Shown one piece after another: positions 29,268 to 32,000 of a DNA stretch of 32,000 bases. This DNA comes from Verrucomicrobiota bacterium (lineage in GTDB: Bacteria; Verrucomicrobiota; Verrucomicrobiia; Opitutales; LL51), in contig CP095464.1 in the NCBI GenBank assembly GCA_021294815.2, forward strand, positions 300,001 through 332,000, read 5' to 3'. The notes under the pieces were generated by a model that did not search any database, was not told where the DNA came from, and saw only the letters and a list, made by a program, of their open reading frames with translations. The translations under genes were made by a program, and so were the position numbers. Numbering within the stretch: the first letter of the stretch is position 1; each line of letters opens with the position of its first letter.

Positions 29268-30652
29268 GCTGCAGGCGGACAAACTAGACGCGTTCCGAGC
29301 CAGAGGAAGATGAGAATCGTCACCGGTTCAACAAGCGCGGTTAAAATAATCGCAGAACTATTAGCCGGGTCGAGCTTGAGCTTTTTCAGCGCAATTGGAA
29401 CAAAAGCGCCTAAAATACCGGCAAAAACAACTGTAATGACGAGTGCTAAAAAGACGAGTAACCCCATCATCCCGTCTTTCGTCCAAATCACTGCTACAAT
29501 CGCTGCAACCGCTCCAATGATAATACCATTTAAGAGACCCTTAATCGCCTCCTTAGCGTAAATTTGTTTAATATCCGAAGGTAAGAGTTCCCCTAAGGCA
29601 AGCGCTCGGATGGAAACCGCTAACGATTGAGAACCTGCATTATCGCTCAGAACCGTCACAAGATTTAAAAAGGCCGCCAAGAGCGCTGCTTCGGCAATCC
29701 GATCTGAAAAATCCGAAATAATTCCCGTACTCACGAGGGATAAAAAGAGATTCGCAATGAGCCAGGGAGCCCGTTTCGTTACACTGTACCAAACGCTATC
29801 CGTTACATGTTCGTCACCACCCGCACCACAGAGCTTTTGCATATCTGAGGTCGCAGCTTCATGGAGAATATCAATAACGTCGTCGTGAGTAATAATACCG
29901 AGAAGGCGCCCCTGATTGTCCACAACAGGTAGAATCTGTGCGTGACTCTCGGTCATCGCGAGCGCAACGTCCTGCTTCGATTCATCAGGCTTACAAATTC
30001 CCGGAATATCGCGCTCCATAATATCGGCAACGCGCTGTTGAGATTTCGCCCAAATGAGATTTCGAACGGTTGTACTGCCGACGAGACACCGGTGTTGATC
30101 GACAACAAAAAGCTGGTCCGTATTTTCCGTCTCATTCTTTTCCCGCCGCACATACTGGATCGCATCGTCAACCGTCATCGTATCCCGAATCGTCGTCACA
30201 TAAGGCGTCATGACCCCACCTGCGGTATTGGGATCATAACACATCAGGTCGCGGATGGTATCGGCAAAGTCCTTGGGTAATTTACTGAGGAGGCGTTCGC
30301 GATCTTTAATTTCGACGTTCAGTAAAAGATCAACCGCATCGTCAGGCTCTAATTCTTGAAGGATTTTAACCGCCCGATGATCCCGCATCTCCGTCAGAAT
30401 TTCTGCGGAGTCGCATGGCATCATTTCCGCTAAGACTTCCGATGCATCCGACGATGAGAGTTTTTTGAGTAAAAACTGCTGGTCCTCTGGCGAAAGACGT
30501 TCGAGAAAACACCCGACCTCGTAGGGCGATGTATTGGAAAGCTTGATCGGATCAATCTGATCGAGCGCACCGTCCGCAAAAACCATCAGCTCCTCGAGCG
30601 AATACTGCGCGAGTTTTCGGGCGGCGGCGTGGCTGTGAATAGCGTTAGGCAT
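29264..30652 (-). CDS. mgtE: Magnesium transporter MgtE
   Basis: 462-aa ORF with the MgtE architecture: an N-terminal domain, tandem CBS region, and a C-terminal five-helix membrane domain with conserved GNAGSQS-like (DNAGSQS) and PANSSAIILT-like blocks. Confidence 0.93.
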   Translation of the reverse strand: MPNAIHSHAAARKLAQYSLEELMVFADGALDQIDPIKLSNTSPYEVGCFLERLSPEDQQFLLKKLSSSDASEVLAEMMPCDSAEILTEMRDHRAVKILQELEPDDAVDLLLNVEIKDRERLLSKLPKDFADTIRDLMCYDPNTAGGVMTPYVTTIRDTMTVDDAIQYVRREKNETENTDQLFVVDQHRCLVGSTTVRNLIWAKSQQRVADIMERDIPGICKPDESKQDVALAMTESHAQILPVVDNQGRLLGIITHDDVIDILHEAATSDMQKLCGAGGDEHVTDSVWYSVTKRAPWLIANLFLSLVSTGIISDFSDRIAEAALLAAFLNLVTVLSDNAGSQSLAVSIRALALGELLPSDIKQIYAKEAIKGLLNGIIIGAVAAIVAVIWTKDGMMGLLVFLALVITVVFAGILGAFVPIALKKLKLDPANSSAIILTALVEPVTILIFLWLGTRLVCPPAA

Positions 30653-30689
30653 GGCGGCTCATCGGCGTTACAGTCTCTAGCGCGATACA

Positions 30690-30722
30690 AACTTTATTTT
30701 CAAAGACAACTTTATTTTGAAA
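30690..30722. repeat. Tandem 15-nt direct repeat (also forming a short AT-rich inverted repeat) upstream of mgtE
   Basis: AACTTTATTTTCAAA (30690..30704) and AACTTTATTTTGAAA (30708..30722) match at 14 of 15 positions with an 18-nt period. ATTTTCAAA and TTTGAAAAT within them are reverse complements. They lie 38-70 nt upstream of the mgtE ATG. Confidence 0.5.
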
Positions 30723-30756
30723 ATTCGATCACCGCTGAAACTGTATTCTTGAGACG

Positions 30757-31554
30757 CTAATTGCCGGCACGCCAGCGCGCACCGGTCCCCGATGCTGATA
30801 ATATGAGGGGTGACTGATCCTCACCGACAATCGATCTAAAATCCCCGCTTCCGCAGCTAATCCATACGTCGGAATCAAAAAGCTCGCGCAGGTTGTGGGT
30901 ATAATCGCTCTGATCGGGGCGTAAAAATGATACCGGTTGGTTGCCATCGTACCACGTCACATGTCCGTCGGCATAGGCAACAAATCCGCCCTCGGAGCCA
31001 TACACTCCATACTTTGCATCCCAGAGACCATTTTCCTTGAGACCTCGCGTAAAAGCAATTGGTAGAGTTTCCCGCGGACGATTCGGATTCACGCCCTGAA
31101 TAAGGCCATAGCTCAATACCTCATTGTGGTTGGTACAGAGCGCATTATCGACTCGCTCCCAAGGCCGCGCATAGTATTCATTTCCTTGGACATCGACATA
31201 ACCAATGATATCCGAAGTCAACGGCGAAGCATACTTATCCCCCGAGGAACAATACACATTAGCGTCGTTTAAAATACTCCCGCGCTTCGAGCCATCAAGC
31301 CCCGCTAAAATCGCCGCGAACTCTACCCGATCGTTACACCCCGTGTACGGCGGCATCATCCCCCGGCTTTCCGAAAATATCTGCCAGGCTTCGGCGATCT
31401 TTTTTAAATTCGCCATGTCCTGCGTCTTACGTGCTTTGGTACGAATCGACTGAAAGCCTGGTAACGCAAGCGCTATCAGGACGCCGAGGATCGAAATCAC
31501 AAAAACGATCTCAATCAATGTAAATGCACGTCGCCTTCCCTTTTGGCCCATCAC
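30757..31554 (-). CDS. Prepilin-type N-terminal cleavage/methylation domain protein (type II secretion/type IV pilin-like pseudopilin)
   Basis: The N-terminus RRRAFTLIEIVFVISILGVLIALALPGF is a class III signal/pilin helix. The C-terminal GGFVAYADGHVTWY resembles the DG[HS]V motif of PVC-type pilin-like proteins. The ORF begins at GTG 31554, with an ATG at 31551 as the next codon. Confidence 0.8.
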   Translation of the reverse strand: MMGQKGRRRAFTLIEIVFVISILGVLIALALPGFQSIRTKARKTQDMANLKKIAEAWQIFSESRGMMPPYTGCNDRVEFAAILAGLDGSKRGSILNDANVYCSSGDKYASPLTSDIIGYVDVQGNEYYARPWERVDNALCTNHNEVLSYGLIQGVNPNRPRETLPIAFTRGLKENGLWDAKYGVYGSEGGFVAYADGHVTWYDGNQPVSFLRPDQSDYTHNLRELFDSDVWISCGSGDFRSIVGEDQSPLILSASGTGARWRAGN

Positions 31555-31635
31555 AACTCAGCTTACGCTTTCCCTAGAGAACGCAATGCAATTTGCTTTA
31601 CTCGGTAGAGAATTTTTCAAGTAAAGACGTCGGTC

Positions 31636-32000
31636 ATGAGCGAACCCAATGAAATTACCCATACGAGCGACGTTTATGCCGTTCGCAAACACAAATTATC
31701 CCAGCTGCGCGCCGACGGCTACGATCCTTTTCAGCAGAACTGTACGCAAGACGCGACAAGTGCCCAGGTACTTCAATCCTATGAAGAAGGCTCTGAAAAA
31801 CTATTTTCTGTTGCGGGGAGGATTGTTGTTTTTCGAGCGATGGGGAAAGCGACATTCACTAAGTTACTCGATCGAGATGGGTTGGTACAGGTCTATGTTT
31901 CACAAAATGATCTGGGTGAAGCCGCCTATCAATCATTCAAAAAGCTCGATATTGGGGATATCATTGGTGTAACAGGTCCTCTTTTTAAAACCAACACAGG
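31636..32000 (+). CDS. lysS: Lysyl-tRNA synthetase (N-terminal part; runs off the window end)
   Basis: Absent from the ORF track because it is open at the window edge. From ATG 31636 it reads MSEPNEITHTSDVYAVRKHKLSQLRADGYDPFQQN...LFSVAGRIVVFRAMGKATFTKLLDRDGLVQVYVSQNDLGEAAYQSFKKLDIGDIIGVTGPLFKTNTG, the class IIb LysRS N-terminus and OB-fold anticodon-binding domain. Confidence 0.9.
   Translation, partial: MSEPNEITHTSDVYAVRKHKLSQLRADGYDPFQQNCTQDATSAQVLQSYEEGSEKLFSVAGRIVVFRAMGKATFTKLLDRDGLVQVYVSQNDLGEAAYQSFKKLDIGDIIGVTGPLFKTNT

Noticed and set aside
30653-30756. Possible M-box (Mg2+) riboswitch upstream of mgtE
   Set aside because: Only about 100 nt are available, the sequence is AT-rich, and I see none of the GC-rich multi-helix architecture expected of an M-box. 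A cmscan would settle it. I reported the direct repeat instead.
31649-31972. 107-aa plus-strand ORF from the track at the window end
   Set aside because: It is in the wrong frame. The frame opening at ATG 31636 gives an unmistakable LysRS N-terminus and stays open to the window edge.

Overview
This window is a dense block of housekeeping genes. By eye, coding is nearly continuous, and the largest non-coding gap is 173 nt (17133..17305). On the minus strand, 17132 down to 1 holds the classic cluster tRNA-Thr, tuf, tRNA-Trp, secE, nusG, rplK, rplA, rplJ, rplL, rpoB, rpoC. A lone trpB follows, then rpsL, rpsG, fusA and the start of rpsJ. A short plus-strand two-gene islet (an atypical SDR and an orphan ORF) plus tRNA-Pro interrupts the run. 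The minus strand then resumes with a UvrD-family helicase, a truncated ribF, truB, a DHH phosphoesterase, tal, tsf, rpsB, ispH, fabD, rpsI and rplM. The window ends with a plus-strand Vat/XAT-type acetyltransferase, mgtE, a prepilin-like gene and the 5' end of lysS. Many start/stop overlaps (ATGA, TAATG) indicate tight translational coupling. The RpoB N-terminus and the prepilin-like protein with a DGHV C-terminal motif suggest a PVC-type (Verrucomicrobiota-like) organism; this rests on memory of those families, not on a search. I found no CRISPR array, transposase, integrase, phage gene, toxin-antitoxin pair or recognisable defence module. I do not see convincing evidence for a novel multi-gene system here. 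The best leads are modest. They are the translationally coupled pair of an SDR lacking its catalytic Tyr and an orphan protein with a His-rich degenerate P-loop, an orphan TrpB1-type gene between rpoC and rpsL, a RibF lacking its riboflavin kinase domain, a Vat-like acetyltransferase beside rplM, and a helicase CDS whose 3' end overlaps tRNA-Pro antisense. Three intrinsic terminator/attenuator hairpins are readable directly from the sequence.
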